DNA of 64,000 nucleotides from an uncultured Rikenella sp. (GTDB taxonomy: Bacteria > Bacteroidota > Bacteroidia > Bacteroidales > VadinHA17), in assembly GCA_964627825.1 (NCBI GenBank), contig CAZVLJ010000002.1, forward strand, positions 26,381-90,380, written 5' to 3'. Positions 54,343 to 64,000 of the stretch are shown piece after piece. Numbering within the stretch: position 1 is the first letter of the stretch; every line of letters starts with the position of its first letter. Below the pieces are notes generated by a model. The model saw only the letters and a program-made list of their open reading frames with translations. It did no database searches and was not told the DNA's origin. The translations under genes and the position numbers were made by a program.

Positions 54343-55032
54343 CTACTTTTTTAAAGTGGCTTCTGCCGTTCTGCTCTTGAGCGGGAGAAGCTGTTTCCGG
54401 TCGCGTGTTGCTATCCCCTTGGCGCCAGTATAATCAACCCATGCAATGAACTGGTTCAGCTCATTGCTGTATAACTGATCGGTTCGGATAAATCCCACAT
54501 CCTCATTTCTGAGAGTGTAGTTATTATGGGTCTCATGCCATACATCAACATAATAGACACGGGCCTGCAGGTTTGTAAAGATCACCTTGCCAGAGGCGTT
54601 TGTAAATCCTTCCACTATGGCGTTGGTTTCATTGTCCCAGTCACTCTCCGTAGGATACAGTATTACGCTGGCACCTTCCACCGGGTACTGGTCATAATAC
54701 TCAAGTACCTCAACCTCAAGCATTGTCTTCGAGACCACTTCGATGTCAAGATATGACCTGTCAACATTCCCGTTCCTGGTGTAGGCACTGAGGACCACTG
54801 TGAAGATCCCTGAACCGTTGTAAGAGTGAACGGGCTCGTATGCATCGGACCATGTACCGTCGCCAAAGTCCCATTCATAATCAATTGCATTGTTTGAGCC
54901 GTTGTAGAAGAAAACATCTTCGCCTACCTCAGCCTTGATCTTGTCTGAGAAAAAGTATGATTCGGGCTGGACTTCACAAGAGCTTAGCATTATCACTGCC
55001 GCTGCTGCCGTTGAGATTAATATTCTTTTCAT
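54343..55032 (-). CDS. PKD-domain lipoprotein with carboxypeptidase-regulatory-like C-terminal domain
   Basis: Lipobox MLSSC. PKD motif YEWDFGDGT..HSY. Start set at ATG 55032; the longest ORF reaches 55101. Confidence 0.7.
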   Translation of the reverse strand: MKRILISTAAAAVIMLSSCEVQPESYFFSDKIKAEVGEDVFFYNGSNNAIDYEWDFGDGTWSDAYEPVHSYNGSGIFTVVLSAYTRNGNVDRSYLDIEVVSKTMLEVEVLEYYDQYPVEGASVILYPTESDWDNETNAIVEGFTNASGKVIFTNLQARVYYVDVWHETHNNYTLRNEDVGFIRTDQLYSNELNQFIAWVDYTGAKGIATRDRKQLLPLKSRTAEATLKK

Positions 55033-55147
55033 GATTCCCGTTTTTAGTTCTGTTTTATTAAATTCAAAATCTGTGCCAATTGATATTTTCAAATTTTCCA
55101 TTCTCAGGGAGCGTTATGCTGCAGTCATTCCGTACATTAAAAAATAT

Positions 55148-55155
55148 TATCTTTG
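55148..55155 (+). promoter_or_regulatory. -7 promoter box TATCTTTG for thrS
   Basis: Exact TAnnTTTG, 24 nt upstream of ATG 55179. Confidence 0.45.
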
Positions 55156-55178
55156 CAGACTATAAAAATGAAGATTCT

Positions 55179-57119
55179 ATGATTAATATAACGTTTCCTG
55201 ACGGGTCTGTCAGGGAGTACAATAAGGGGATTACCAGCCATGAGATAGCGCGGTCAATCAGCCCAGGGCTGGCTGCAGATATCTACGCGGCTACTGTCAA
55301 CGGAGAGCTCCGGGATCTGTCGAGGCCCGTCAATGCAGATTCAACCCTAAGGTTCCACAAGTGGGATGACGCAGAGGCGAAGCATGCCTTCTGGCATTCG
55401 TCGGCGCATCTGATGGCCGAGGCGCTGGAAGCACTGTGGCCGGGAACGAAATTCGGTATCGGGCCTGCCATTGAAAACGGCTTTTACTATGATGTTGATC
55501 CGGGTGAAGGCAAGGTCATCACTGATGCTGATCTTCCCCTGATAGAGGACAAGATGAAGGAACTGGCAGCAAAGAACAGTCCTATCATCCGCACCGAGGT
55601 GACAAAACAGGAAGCAATGGATCTCTTCACCGCCAAAGGTGATGAATATAAGACGGAGCTCATCTCCGAGCTTGAAGACGGCACTATTACCATCTACCGT
55701 CAGGGCAACTTCACTGATCTCTGTCGTGGCCCTCATCTGCCTGACACCTCATCCATAAAGGCCATCAAGGTGCTCAGTCTTGCAGGCGCCTACTGGCGGG
55801 GGGATGAGAAGAGGAAAATGATGACGCGTATTTACGGCATCACTTTCCCGAAGCAGAAGATGCTGGATGAGTACATGGTTATGCTCGAGGAGGCGCGCAA
55901 GCGTGATCACCGCCGTATAGGCAGGGAGCTGGAGCTCTTTGCCTTCTCGCCGCGAGTGGGTATGGGATTGCCGCTGTGGCTTCCCCGCGGAGCGGATATG
56001 AAGCAGAGGCTGATTGACTTCATGACCAGGGTGCTGAAGGAAAGAGGTTATACAATGGTCTCCACACCTCACATTGGCAATGTGGATCTATACAAGACCT
56101 CGGGGCATTTTGAGAAATACGGGGCAGACTCATTCAGGCCCATTACCACACCGCAGGAGGGCGAAGTATTCATGCTCAAGCCCATGAACTGCCCGCATCA
56201 CTGTGAGATCTTCAATGCCACTCCTCACTCCTACCGTGAGCTGCCTGTGAGAATGGCCGAGTTTGGTACCGTCTACCGCTATGAGCAGAGCGGTGAGCTG
56301 CACGGACTGACACGCGTGCGCAGTTTCACACAGGATGATGCACATCACTTCTGCCGTCCGGACCAGCTGAAAGAGGAGTTCAAGAGTATTATTGACCTGG
56401 TGCAGTATATCTTTAGAATAGCCGGCTTCAATGAATTTACGGCCCAGATATCTCTCAGGGACCCGGAGAACAGGGAAAAGTATATAGGGTCAGATGAGAA
56501 CTGGGAGAAGGCTGAGCAAGCCATCATAGAGGCTGCCGGAGAAAAGAACCTGGTGACAACCATTGCCGTGGGCGAAGCCGCTTTCTACGGCCCCAAGCTC
56601 GACTTCATGGTCAGGGATGCCATCGGCCGTAAGTGGCAGCTGGGAACTATACAGGTAGACTACAACCTGCCTGAGCGTTTTAGGCTGGAATACACCGGCA
56701 GTGATAACCAGAAACATCAGCCGGTTATGATCCACAGGGCCATCTTCGGATCAATGGAACGTTTCGTGGCCGTACTCATTGAAAATACTGCAGGACGTTT
56801 CCCCCTCTGGATCACTCCTGATCAGGCCGTAATACTGCCAATCAGCGAAAAATTTAATGATTATGCAAAAACTGTTTCAAATCTCCTTAATAATTCCGAT
56901 ATTTGCACCCTGATTGACGACAGGAACGAGAAGATAGGTAAAAAGATAAGGGATAACGAGTTAAAGAGGATTCCCTACCTTCTTGTCATAGGCGAAAAAG
57001 AGGTTACATCGGGAACTGTCTCCGTCAGGAAGCAGGGCGAAGGTGACAGGGGAGTCATGAAACCCGAAGAATTCATCGGCCTTGTGAAGAAGGAGATAGA
57101 AGAAGAAATTGGCAATTAA
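55179..57119 (+). CDS. thrS: Threonine--tRNA ligase
   Basis: TGS start [14 protein letters not shown], editing-domain HSSAHLMA, class II motifs ([51 protein letters not shown]), C-terminal anticodon-binding domain. Confidence 0.96.
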   Translation: MINITFPDGSVREYNKGITSHEIARSISPGLAADIYAATVNGELRDLSRPVNADSTLRFHKWDDAEAKHAFWHSSAHLMAEALEALWPGTKFGIGPAIENGFYYDVDPGEGKVITDADLPLIEDKMKELAAKNSPIIRTEVTKQEAMDLFTAKGDEYKTELISELEDGTITIYRQGNFTDLCRGPHLPDTSSIKAIKVLSLAGAYWRGDEKRKMMTRIYGITFPKQKMLDEYMVMLEEARKRDHRRIGRELELFAFSPRVGMGLPLWLPRGADMKQRLIDFMTRVLKERGYTMVSTPHIGNVDLYKTSGHFEKYGADSFRPITTPQEGEVFMLKPMNCPHHCEIFNATPHSYRELPVRMAEFGTVYRYEQSGELHGLTRVRSFTQDDAHHFCRPDQLKEEFKSIIDLVQYIFRIAGFNEFTAQISLRDPENREKYIGSDENWEKAEQAIIEAAGEKNLVTTIAVGEAAFYGPKLDFMVRDAIGRKWQLGTIQVDYNLPERFRLEYTGSDNQKHQPVMIHRAIFGSMERFVAVLIENTAGRFPLWITPDQAVILPISEKFNDYAKTVSNLLNNSDICTLIDDRNEKIGKKIRDNELKRIPYLLVIGEKEVTSGTVSVRKQGEGDRGVMKPEEFIGLVKKEIEEEIGN

Positions 57120-57165
57120 TGAATTAATTTACAAGATATTATTAACTTAACTGGAGGACAAGACA

Positions 57166-57720
57166 ATAGCAGGACCGACTTATTACAGGCCCAGACCGGG
57201 AAGAAGACCCGAACCGGAACACCGGATAAACAACCGGATCACAGCAAGGACCGTAAGGGTCGTAGGTGATAATTTAGAAGCAAAGATAATGAGCATAGGT
57301 GATGCTCTGCGGCTAGCTGACGAGATGGAACTTGATCTTGTTGAGATCTCACCCAACGCTGACCCGCCAGTCTGCAAAATTGTTGATTATCAGAAGTTTC
57401 TGTATCACCAGAAAAAGAAACAGAAAGAGATCAAAGCCAATGCGGCCAAGATTGTAGTGAAAGAGATACGTTTCGGTCCGAACACCGATGATCATGACTA
57501 CAACTTCAAGCTTAAGCATGCGATCAACTTCCTGGAAGAAGGAGCCAAGGTAAGGGCGTACGTCTTTTTCAAGGGAAGGTCAATTCTCTTCAAGGAACAG
57601 GGAGAGAAGCTGCTGGCAAGGTTTGTCAGTGATCTCGAGGAGTATGGAAAGGTAGACCAGACACCAAGGCTGGAAGGAAAGAGGATGATAATCATCCTTT
57701 CGCCGAAGAAGAAGAAATAG
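57166..57720 (+). CDS. infC: Translation initiation factor IF-3 with a predicted non-AUG (AUA) start
   Basis: The IF-3 match ([21 protein letters not shown]) extends upstream of the first ATG (57289). The frame is closed by TAA 57148..57150, with no in-frame ATG, GTG or TTG in between. ATA 57166 lies 8 nt after GGAGG 57153..57157. Confidence 0.8.
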   Translation: MAGPTYYRPRPGRRPEPEHRINNRITARTVRVVGDNLEAKIMSIGDALRLADEMELDLVEISPNADPPVCKIVDYQKFLYHQKKKQKEIKANAAKIVVKEIRFGPNTDDHDYNFKLKHAINFLEEGAKVRAYVFFKGRSILFKEQGEKLLARFVSDLEEYGKVDQTPRLEGKRMIIILSPKKKK

Positions 57721-57743
57721 TTTTTTATACATATATATACAAG

Positions 57744-57941
57744 ATGCCAAAAGTGAAAACAAATCCGGGTGCAAAGAAGAGATTTTCTTTGACCGGTACA
57801 GGTAAGATCAAGCGTAAGCATGCTTACAAGAGCCATATCCTTACCAAGAAGTCAACCAAGCGCAAGAGAAATCTTACGTATGACGGACTGGTGAGTAAGG
57901 CTGACGAAAAGAACGTAAAGCTTCTGCTCGGACTGAAGTAG
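57744..57941 (+). CDS. rpmI: 50S ribosomal protein L35
   Basis: 65 aa; [36 protein letters not shown]. Confidence 0.95.
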   Translation: MPKVKTNPGAKKRFSLTGTGKIKRKHAYKSHILTKKSTKRKRNLTYDGLVSKADEKNVKLLLGLK

Positions 57942-58042
57942 TGTTTACCGCCTGTCAGGGAGTTAATCAACAGAATTATTAACCGGGGTGTGAAGCATAA
58001 AAGACCTGCAGAGGCGCTTACATCCGAAAAAGAGAAAACAAA

Positions 58043-58390
58043 ATGCCAAGAGCAACAAACGCACCAGCATCGAAGGCAAGAAGGAAGAAGATCTTAAAAC
58101 AGACAAAGGGGTATTTTGGCAACAATGCTAACGTCTATACCGTTGCCAAGAACGTACTTGAAAAAGGTCTTGCCTATTCTTACCGTGACCGTAAAGACAA
58201 GAAAGGCCAGTTCCGCGCACTGTGGATCCAGAGGATCAACGCCGGGGCTCGTCTTCACGGAATGAGTTACTCACAGTTTATCGGCGGGCTTGAGAAGAAG
58301 GGTATCTCCCTTAACCGCAAGACCCTGGCCGATCTGGCAATGAATCACCCGGAAGCCTTCAAGGCAATCGTGGATAAAGTCAAGGAGTAA
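58043..58390 (+). CDS. rplT: 50S ribosomal protein L20
   Basis: 115 aa; [47 protein letters not shown]. Confidence 0.96.
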   Translation: MPRATNAPASKARRKKILKQTKGYFGNNANVYTVAKNVLEKGLAYSYRDRKDKKGQFRALWIQRINAGARLHGMSYSQFIGGLEKKGISLNRKTLADLAMNHPEAFKAIVDKVKE

Positions 58391-58391
58391 G

Positions 58392-58419
58392 AAAAAGCGG
58401 GCTGCGGCCCGCTTTTTTT
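58392..58419. terminator. Bidirectional rho-independent terminator (A5-GCGGGC-tgcg-GCCCGC-T7)
   Basis: GC stem flanked by A5 and T7, immediately after the rplT stop. Confidence 0.85.
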
Positions 58420-58420
58420 A

Positions 58421-58478
58421 TTGTCTATTGCCAATCTGCGATTGTCGGATCAAATCGTAAATCGTAAATCGCAAATCA
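58421..58478 (-). repeat. Heptamer-armed hairpin element, family 2, in lepB-sense orientation
   Basis: The minus strand reads TGATTTG CGATTTA CGATTTA CGATTTG ATCCGAC AATCGCA GATTGGC AATAGAC. 58467..58478 pairs with 58432..58443 (9 WC, 3 G.U). The first TGA is the lepB stop codon. Confidence 0.8.
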
Positions 58479-59876
58479 TCTCTTGGCTCCCTTGAAGAAT
58501 CTTTTAAATCTTATCTTTTTGAAGCCCTGTGCCTCTTTGTCAACAGAGAGCCAGACCAGCACCGGGCGGCCCACTATGTGATCTTCAGGCACAAAGCCCC
58601 AGAAGCGTGAGTCAGCTGAATCATGCCGGTTATCGCCCATCATCCAGTAGTAATCCATCTTGAATGTGTAACTGTCGGCCGGTACCCCGTTGATATAAAT
58701 CACCGTGTCACGTATCTCAAGGTCATTCTCCTCGTAGATATCTATTACAGAGGTATAGAAGCTGATGTTGGTCATATCAAGTTTCACCGTGGTTCCCCTT
58801 TTCGGAATCCAGAGAGGCCCGAAGTGGTCCTCATTCCACTTGTACTGAGGATCATGCGGAAAAACCGACGGGGAATATTCACCCGGCCTTCGATAGTCAG
58901 CCTCAATACCTGTCACATTGGCAAAGCCTGAAATAAGTTCGGCATTCTTCAGGGTCATCGGGAGCCTGTAAACAGTTCCTGATAGCATCAGCGACTGGTC
59001 AGACTTTGATATCCCCATTCTTTCAAAGGCTTTCGGGTTGATGCGGGTACCATTGGTGCGGACATAGTAGGATGTCTGTTGCGAATCATGCACCGGAGCT
59101 TCTGTACCGTTGACATACAGTGTTCCTCCGATGATCCTGACTGTGTCTCCGGGAATACCAACACATCTCTTTACGTAGTTATCACGTCTGTCAACAGGTC
59201 TGTTGATAACTGTATACTCATTCCATATCATCTGCCGGGCCCGGCTGTAATATTCTTCCTTGCTCTTCAACGGCCTCCCCGCCCTGATGTCTTCCTTGGT
59301 AAGCACTTCAATGCGGTCACGAAGAATTTCGTAATAGCTTATTGCCTGCTGTTCAAGACAAACAGTATCTCCCGCGGGAAAGTTGAAGACAACTATATCA
59401 TCATTCTTCACATGCCCGAATCCCTTGAGTCTCTTGTATTTCCAGTGAACAAGATCAGACCATGATTTGCCTTTGCCCCCGGTAAGCGGCAAAGTATGTG
59501 AGGTGAATGGGAAGGCAATTGGGGTATTGGGCATTCTGGGTCCGTATGCCACCTTGCTTACAGCAAGATGATCACCCACCAGCAGGGTCTTTTCCATTGA
59601 GGGGGTGGGAATGCGGTAATTCTGGAACAGGAAGATATTTATAAGTGTCACGGCAATCACGGCAAAAATCAATGCATCAAGCCATTCTATAAGTGTGCTG
59701 TTCTTGCCGTTCCGTTTTTTCCAGAACGCCCAGTTAACCTTTTTGCTGACGTAGATGTCAAACACTATCGGGAGACCGAGCAGAAGCCAGTAGTTGCCCA
59801 CCCAGATGACCCACAGCAGGTACAGTACGCCTGCCACGCCAAACTTGAAGTATTTGTTCCGCAGAAGTTCTTTCAT
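58476..59876 (-). CDS. lepB: Signal peptidase I (S26 family)
   Basis: Catalytic Ser box IPTPSMEKTLLVGD, Lys box YVKRCVGIPGD, GDNRHDSADSRFWGFVP; 466 aa with a large insertion domain. Confidence 0.9.
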   Translation of the reverse strand: MKELLRNKYFKFGVAGVLYLLWVIWVGNYWLLLGLPIVFDIYVSKKVNWAFWKKRNGKNSTLIEWLDALIFAVIAVTLINIFLFQNYRIPTPSMEKTLLVGDHLAVSKVAYGPRMPNTPIAFPFTSHTLPLTGGKGKSWSDLVHWKYKRLKGFGHVKNDDIVVFNFPAGDTVCLEQQAISYYEILRDRIEVLTKEDIRAGRPLKSKEEYYSRARQMIWNEYTVINRPVDRRDNYVKRCVGIPGDTVRIIGGTLYVNGTEAPVHDSQQTSYYVRTNGTRINPKAFERMGISKSDQSLMLSGTVYRLPMTLKNAELISGFANVTGIEADYRRPGEYSPSVFPHDPQYKWNEDHFGPLWIPKRGTTVKLDMTNISFYTSVIDIYEENDLEIRDTVIYINGVPADSYTFKMDYYWMMGDNRHDSADSRFWGFVPEDHIVGRPVLVWLSVDKEAQGFKKIRFKRFFKGAKR

Positions 59877-59896
59877 CTTTGATTCTTTTCGGTGTG

Positions 59897-59904
59897 CAAA
59901 TCTA
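59897..59904 (-). promoter_or_regulatory. -7 promoter box TAGATTTG for lepB
   Basis: Plus strand CAAATCTA; 21 nt upstream of ATG 59876 on the minus strand. Confidence 0.45.
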
Positions 59905-60032
59905 CTATAATAAATTTAAAATTGCTGCCGTCACCGGGCACCCTGTGCAATCAGATGATTTTTTCCGACATCTCCCGGCCGCATCCTTTGGTTACCGCCG
60001 GTCAGTCAGGAGATGTACGGCCGGGTATGGTA

Positions 60033-61325
60033 TCATTCCTCCTTTTCTGCCCGCAGCTTAATTTTTGCTGTCCTGTCAAGGTCCCTTGCGTAATAGCGTG
60101 AACCGGTATAGAACAGTATGGCTCCCAGCAGCAGCATGAATGGCAGGAGCGCCATGGCAGTCTTTATATCATAGAGATCATACAATCTGCCTATAACAAG
60201 GGGTGCTGTGGAAGCTCCAAGCAGGTTCTGCACCACTACTGCCACCGCGTAAGACATAGCCCTCATACCTGCGTGGATAACATCCTGGGTGACAGCGGCA
60301 GCTGCCGGGACAAAGGCCGTGACAGTGACCCCCATCAACAGGAAGAAGACATACTGTAGTGTACCCGTAGTCAGCCAGAGGGCTATCAGCAGAAATATGG
60401 CAGCGAGTACCGAGGTGATTGTAGGGAAGAGCAGGCGCGCATTGATATTTGACTTGCGCCACCTGTCCGTTATTATTCCTCCCACGGGTGCCCCCACTAT
60501 TGCCAGGACCATTACTGCGCTGGCCATTGTCCCTGCCTTCTCGGCCGGGATACCGCGGGTAACATGAAAGTAGGTTGAGAGCCACGTTATCAGTGAAGTG
60601 GTAACAAAAACCACTGCTGCAAAACCGAAATAGGTAAAGATCAGAGAAGGTCTTGAGATGAACTCCCTGAACATGTCCATCTTCTTCATCTTCACCTTCA
60701 TGTTGTTACTGTCCGTGAACGAGAGATCAACAGTTTTATAGTCTTTGACAAAGAAGAAGAGTATGGCCACTATCAAGCCCGGCAATGCCACTATCCCGAA
60801 GGCATGTTTCCATCCCAGCCTGGTGGCTATTATACCTCCTAACAGAACACCTATTGCTGTTCCAAGGGGTATTGATGCATTCCACAGGCCCATCATCTTT
60901 GACCTTTTGCCCTCGGGGTAGAGTCCTGAAATGACTGCACTTCCTCCCGGAGCATAACCGGCCTCCCCTATTCCTATCAGTGCCCTGGCCAGCACAAGTT
61001 GAACAAAGTTTCCTGTCAGTGCGCAAAGGGCTGTTGCAAGACTCCATAAGACAGCCATGATACCGATGGTCTTGGTGCGGTTCCAGCGGTCAACCAGAAT
61101 GGAAACGGGGAATGTGAGCAGCACTATGGCCCAGTAGACAGCCGAGACAAGCAATCCACTCTGTGTGTGAGTGATACCCAGGTCCTGCTCAATGTGCACG
61201 AACATTGAAGTGACAATCATCCTGTCTATGTAGTCAAACATATAGAGCAGGAAGAGAAGAATGAAAACGTAGTTGGTGTATCCCTTTGAATAGAGATACC
61301 CGGCGGGAATTACCTTATTTTTCAT
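60033..61325 (-). CDS. MFS transporter
   Basis: 430 aa with 12 predicted TM helices and a motif-A-like loop VDRWNRTKTIG. Confidence 0.85.
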   Translation of the reverse strand: MKNKVIPAGYLYSKGYTNYVFILLFLLYMFDYIDRMIVTSMFVHIEQDLGITHTQSGLLVSAVYWAIVLLTFPVSILVDRWNRTKTIGIMAVLWSLATALCALTGNFVQLVLARALIGIGEAGYAPGGSAVISGLYPEGKRSKMMGLWNASIPLGTAIGVLLGGIIATRLGWKHAFGIVALPGLIVAILFFFVKDYKTVDLSFTDSNNMKVKMKKMDMFREFISRPSLIFTYFGFAAVVFVTTSLITWLSTYFHVTRGIPAEKAGTMASAVMVLAIVGAPVGGIITDRWRKSNINARLLFPTITSVLAAIFLLIALWLTTGTLQYVFFLLMGVTVTAFVPAAAAVTQDVIHAGMRAMSYAVAVVVQNLLGASTAPLVIGRLYDLYDIKTAMALLPFMLLLGAILFYTGSRYYARDLDRTAKIKLRAEKEE

Positions 61326-61420
61326 GGGTGTACCTATTGGAGTTTCTGTTCACAGGTTAATGAGCATCTAAAGTAATGTCTATTTTTTTATCTTTCGCCT
61401 GTTTTATGAAAATCGTTGTA

Positions 61421-63106
61421 ATGAAAAATACAATAGTAATGTTTTTTGCGCTCGTGACAGTGTGTGCTTCCGGGTGCAGGCAGTCAGAAAAGGCTGATCT
61501 TGTCATCTCCGGCGGAAAGGTCTTCACTGTGGATGAGTCGGAACCTGAGGCTGCCGCGGTAGCAATAAAGGGCAACAGGATCATAGCTGTTGGCACTGAT
61601 AAAGAGATCAGCAGGTATATTGACCCGGCCACAACAAAGGTCATTGATGCAGCCGGGAGAACTGTTCTTCCGGGATTCAATGATGCCCACGCTCATTTCG
61701 GGCCTGTTGATCCCGACTATATTGAATTAAGGTATGTCACTGATCCGGCAGTAATCACTCACAGGGTGAAGGAGCAGGTGTCACGGTCGCAAAAGGGTCA
61801 GCTGATCTATGGCGGTCACTGGGAGCATGAGATGTTCACCACGCGTGAATGGCCGACGAAGGCGCTCATTGACGGCGTTTCCCCTGATAATCCAGTGGTG
61901 TTGCGCCGCACAGACGGCCACAGTGCCCTGGTGAACAGTTATGTGCTCAGGAGATCAGGGATAACCAGGGGAACTCCAGATCCGTTTGGGGGTGAGATCA
62001 TGCGTGACCCCGTGACTGGTGAGCCCACCGGCATACTTAAGGAGAGCGCCATGGCACTTATCAGGACCGGAGCAGTGCAGGCAGACAGGAGTGCAGATGA
62101 GGAGAGAGAGAGGGAGTGGCGCGGTTACCTGCTGGCACTGGACCAGGCGGTATCATATGGCATTACAAGTATACAGATACCAGGCAGCGCTGATTTTGCA
62201 ATGTATGACTCCATCATGGCCCTCGGGAAGCTGACCTGCCGCATTGATATAGGAGGTGAGCTGACAGCTGATCCGGACCGCCTTAACATGTACGAGGAGC
62301 TGAGGCAGAAGTACCCTTCGTCAGGTGACTGGATCAGGTTCGGTTTCCTTAAGGACTTCATGGATGGGACACTGGGTTCCGCCACGGCAATGATGTTTGA
62401 ACCTTTTAATGACGAACCGGACAAAAGCGGCCTTCCCCAGATGAGCTACGAGGAGCTGGAGGCCAGGGTACTGGAGGCTGACAGAAGAGGTTTCCAGATC
62501 GGCATCCATGCCATTGGTCCCATGGCCAACAACTGGATACTGAATGCCTACGGGAAAGCCCGTGAGGTAAACGGTGTCCGCGACAGTCGCCACAGGTCTG
62601 AGCATGCGCAGATACTTATTGAGGAGGATATTCCCCGCTTTGGTGCGCTGGGCGTTATTGCCTCTATGCAGCCGACTCACTGCATCACTGACAAACGGTT
62701 TGCCGAGAAGCGTATAGGCACAGAACGAAGCCGTTGGGCGTATGCATGGAAGAGTCTGGCTGACAACGGTGCGCAGCTGGCGTTTGGAACAGATTACTCG
62801 GTGGAGCCCCTGAATCCTATGGAAGGCTTATATGCATCGGTAACCCGCAAGGACCGTGGAGGGGAAGAGGGTGATGGCTGGTTTCCCATGGAGAAGATCA
62901 CGATGGGAAAGGCAATAGAATACTATACCCTCGGCTCTGCCTTTGCACAGTTCATGGAAGACAGGAAAGGGATGATCAGGAAGGGCTATTTAGCAGACAT
63001 AACCATCCTCTCAGAAAATATCTTCAATACCCCTGAGGAGATGATTATGTCAGTAAGAGCAGATTATACTATCGTTGACGGAAAGATCGTCTACGAGAGG
63101 AAATAG
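61421..63106 (+). CDS. Amidohydrolase-3 family metal-dependent hydrolase (YtcJ-like), lipoprotein
   Basis: Lipobox VCASGC; PGFNDAHAHF metal-binding HxH; ..GIHAIG.., FGTDYSVEP. The longest ORF starts at 61376. Confidence 0.85.
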   Translation: MKNTIVMFFALVTVCASGCRQSEKADLVISGGKVFTVDESEPEAAAVAIKGNRIIAVGTDKEISRYIDPATTKVIDAAGRTVLPGFNDAHAHFGPVDPDYIELRYVTDPAVITHRVKEQVSRSQKGQLIYGGHWEHEMFTTREWPTKALIDGVSPDNPVVLRRTDGHSALVNSYVLRRSGITRGTPDPFGGEIMRDPVTGEPTGILKESAMALIRTGAVQADRSADEEREREWRGYLLALDQAVSYGITSIQIPGSADFAMYDSIMALGKLTCRIDIGGELTADPDRLNMYEELRQKYPSSGDWIRFGFLKDFMDGTLGSATAMMFEPFNDEPDKSGLPQMSYEELEARVLEADRRGFQIGIHAIGPMANNWILNAYGKAREVNGVRDSRHRSEHAQILIEEDIPRFGALGVIASMQPTHCITDKRFAEKRIGTERSRWAYAWKSLADNGAQLAFGTDYSVEPLNPMEGLYASVTRKDRGGEEGDGWFPMEKITMGKAIEYYTLGSAFAQFMEDRKGMIRKGYLADITILSENIFNTPEEMIMSVRADYTIVDGKIVYERK

Positions 63107-63109
63107 TTT

Positions 63110-63445
63110 TCAGGCTTTCGTCTGGTCGTCCACCGTTGCACCGGGAGCGTTCTTTTTTACAGAAGCAATGCCGTTGTCACAGCTGGCTTGTGATTCGTAC
63201 ATCTCGCTCTTGCCTATCACCTGGCCATTGCCAGCCTTAAGGGTGAAATATACTTTGCCGTTCTTGGCCACCTTTGGATCAAACCTCTTGACATCAGCAG
63301 CATTCTTCATCACGGATTTGACACCATTCATGCATGAAGGCTTTGATGAATAGCCCTCGCTGGTAAGTATAACCTGGCCATTGCCGGCAAGCAGATTAAA
63401 CTGGAACTCACCGTTTTTCCTTTTTGAGATAACAAATTTTCCCAT
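63110..63445 (-). CDS. YegP/DUF1508 family protein (two tandem repeats)
   Basis: [34 protein letters not shown] and [34 protein letters not shown]. Confidence 0.85.
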   Translation of the reverse strand: MGKFVISKRKNGEFQFNLLAGNGQVILTSEGYSSKPSCMNGVKSVMKNAADVKRFDPKVAKNGKVYFTLKAGNGQVIGKSEMYESQASCDNGIASVKKNAPGATVDDQTKA

Positions 63446-63532
63446 GTTCTAAATTTTTGTTGTTGGTTAATTTCGACTTGTCGTTTCCAAATATACAAAA
63501 AAACTATATTAGATTTACCAAACGCGAATTTT

Positions 63533-64000
63533 ATGAGAATTGACATAATAACAGCACTTCCCGGGCTTCTGCGCAGTCCGTTTGATGATTCAATCATCAG
63601 GCGGGCCCGTGAGAAGGGCATTGCTGAGATAAACCTCATCAACCTGCGTGATTATGCAACTGACAGGCACAGGAGTATTGATGATTATCCTTTTGGCGGC
63701 GGCGCCGGGATGGTGATGATGATAGAGCCGGTATATAACTGCATCACCCATCTCACCTCACAGAGAACATATGATGAGATCATCTACACCTCGCCTGACG
63801 GGCAGCGCTTTAACCAGTCATTGGCAAATGAACTCTCAATGAAGGAGAACATCATAATCCTTGCCGGTCACTACAAGGGCATAGACCAGCGCATCAGGGA
63901 TCATCTTGTCACCCGTGAGATTTCTGTCGGCGATTATGTACTTACCGGCGGTGAACTGCCTGCTGCCATCATCACAGATGCCGTTGTGAGGCTGCTGCCC
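63533..64000 (+). CDS. trmD: tRNA (guanine37-N1)-methyltransferase TrmD, 5' part (runs off the window)
   Basis: My own translation from ATG 63533: [83 protein letters not shown]. Open to the window end. Absent from the ORF track because no stop codon is reached. Confidence 0.93.
   Translation, partial: MRIDIITALPGLLRSPFDDSIIRRAREKGIAEINLINLRDYATDRHRSIDDYPFGGGAGMVMMIEPVYNCITHLTSQRTYDEIIYTSPDGQRFNQSLANELSMKENIIILAGHYKGIDQRIRDHLVTREISVGDYVLTGGELPAAIITDAVVRLLP

Noticed and set aside
57942-58042. 101-nt rpmI-rplT spacer as an L20-binding regulatory structure
   Set aside because: I could find only a 6-bp hairpin (GTTAAT..ATTAAC, 57962..57983), with no resemblance to known L20 leader pseudoknots and no further support.
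12753-58478. Heptamer repeat arrays as CRISPR arrays or minisatellites
   Set aside because: The units are 7 nt, contiguous and without spacers. They occur as two complementary arms, and no cas genes are present. They are hairpin elements, not CRISPR.
59968-60025. GC-rich complementary segments downstream of the MFS gene (ACATCTCC/GGAGATGT and CCCGGCCG/CGGCCGGG)
   Set aside because: The two helices are arranged A-B...A'-B', so they cannot nest. Loops of 0-1 nt make a pseudoknot sterically implausible. Most likely one of them simply serves as the MFS terminator hairpin. There is not enough evidence for a switch.
1-64000. Mobile elements, prophage, defence islands, toxin-antitoxin pairs
   Set aside because: I recognised no transposase, integrase, recombinase, phage structural gene, restriction-modification gene, cas gene or small paired ORFs. 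tRNA-Leu is not flanked by an integrase or by direct repeats of its 3' end.

Overview
This is a 64-kb chromosomal window that looks Bacteroidota-like. The evidence is recurrent TAnnTTTG -7 promoter boxes just upstream of starts, and surface proteins of DUF3575, PKD, Asp-box/BNR, SPOR-amidase and LptD-like types. It holds about 56 tightly packed protein genes on both strands plus two tandem tRNA-Leu genes. The content is essentially housekeeping: replication and repair (dnaX, dnaA, recF-DUF721, an AddA/AddB-like helicase-nuclease pair), translation (rpsF-rpsR-rplI, thrS-infC-rpmI-rplT, mnmA, trmD, lepB), lysC-lysA, ribH, the carboxynorspermidine polyamine pair, corA, trkH, and a peptidoglycan amino-sugar recycling cluster. 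I found no transposase, integrase, CRISPR array or recognisable defence gene, so I do not claim a new multi-gene system. The items most worth follow-up are: (1) intergenic hairpin elements whose arms are tandem 7-nt repeats. Three of them (galK, the GH3 fusion gene, lepB) have a 5' arm that begins exactly at the stop codon, with G.U pairs only in that gene's sense strand. There are two sequence families. (2) An A10 run in dnaX with an immediate -1-frame stop, a candidate tau/gamma recoding site. (3) An AmgK-type sugar kinase fused to a complete RapZ C-terminal domain. (4) A TIGR01212 radical-SAM gene translationally coupled between the AddA-like and AddB-like genes. (5) A Shine-Dalgarno-sequestering hairpin in the corA leader. 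(6) A non-AUG (AUA) start for infC. All functional statements are inferred from motifs read by eye; no database search was run.
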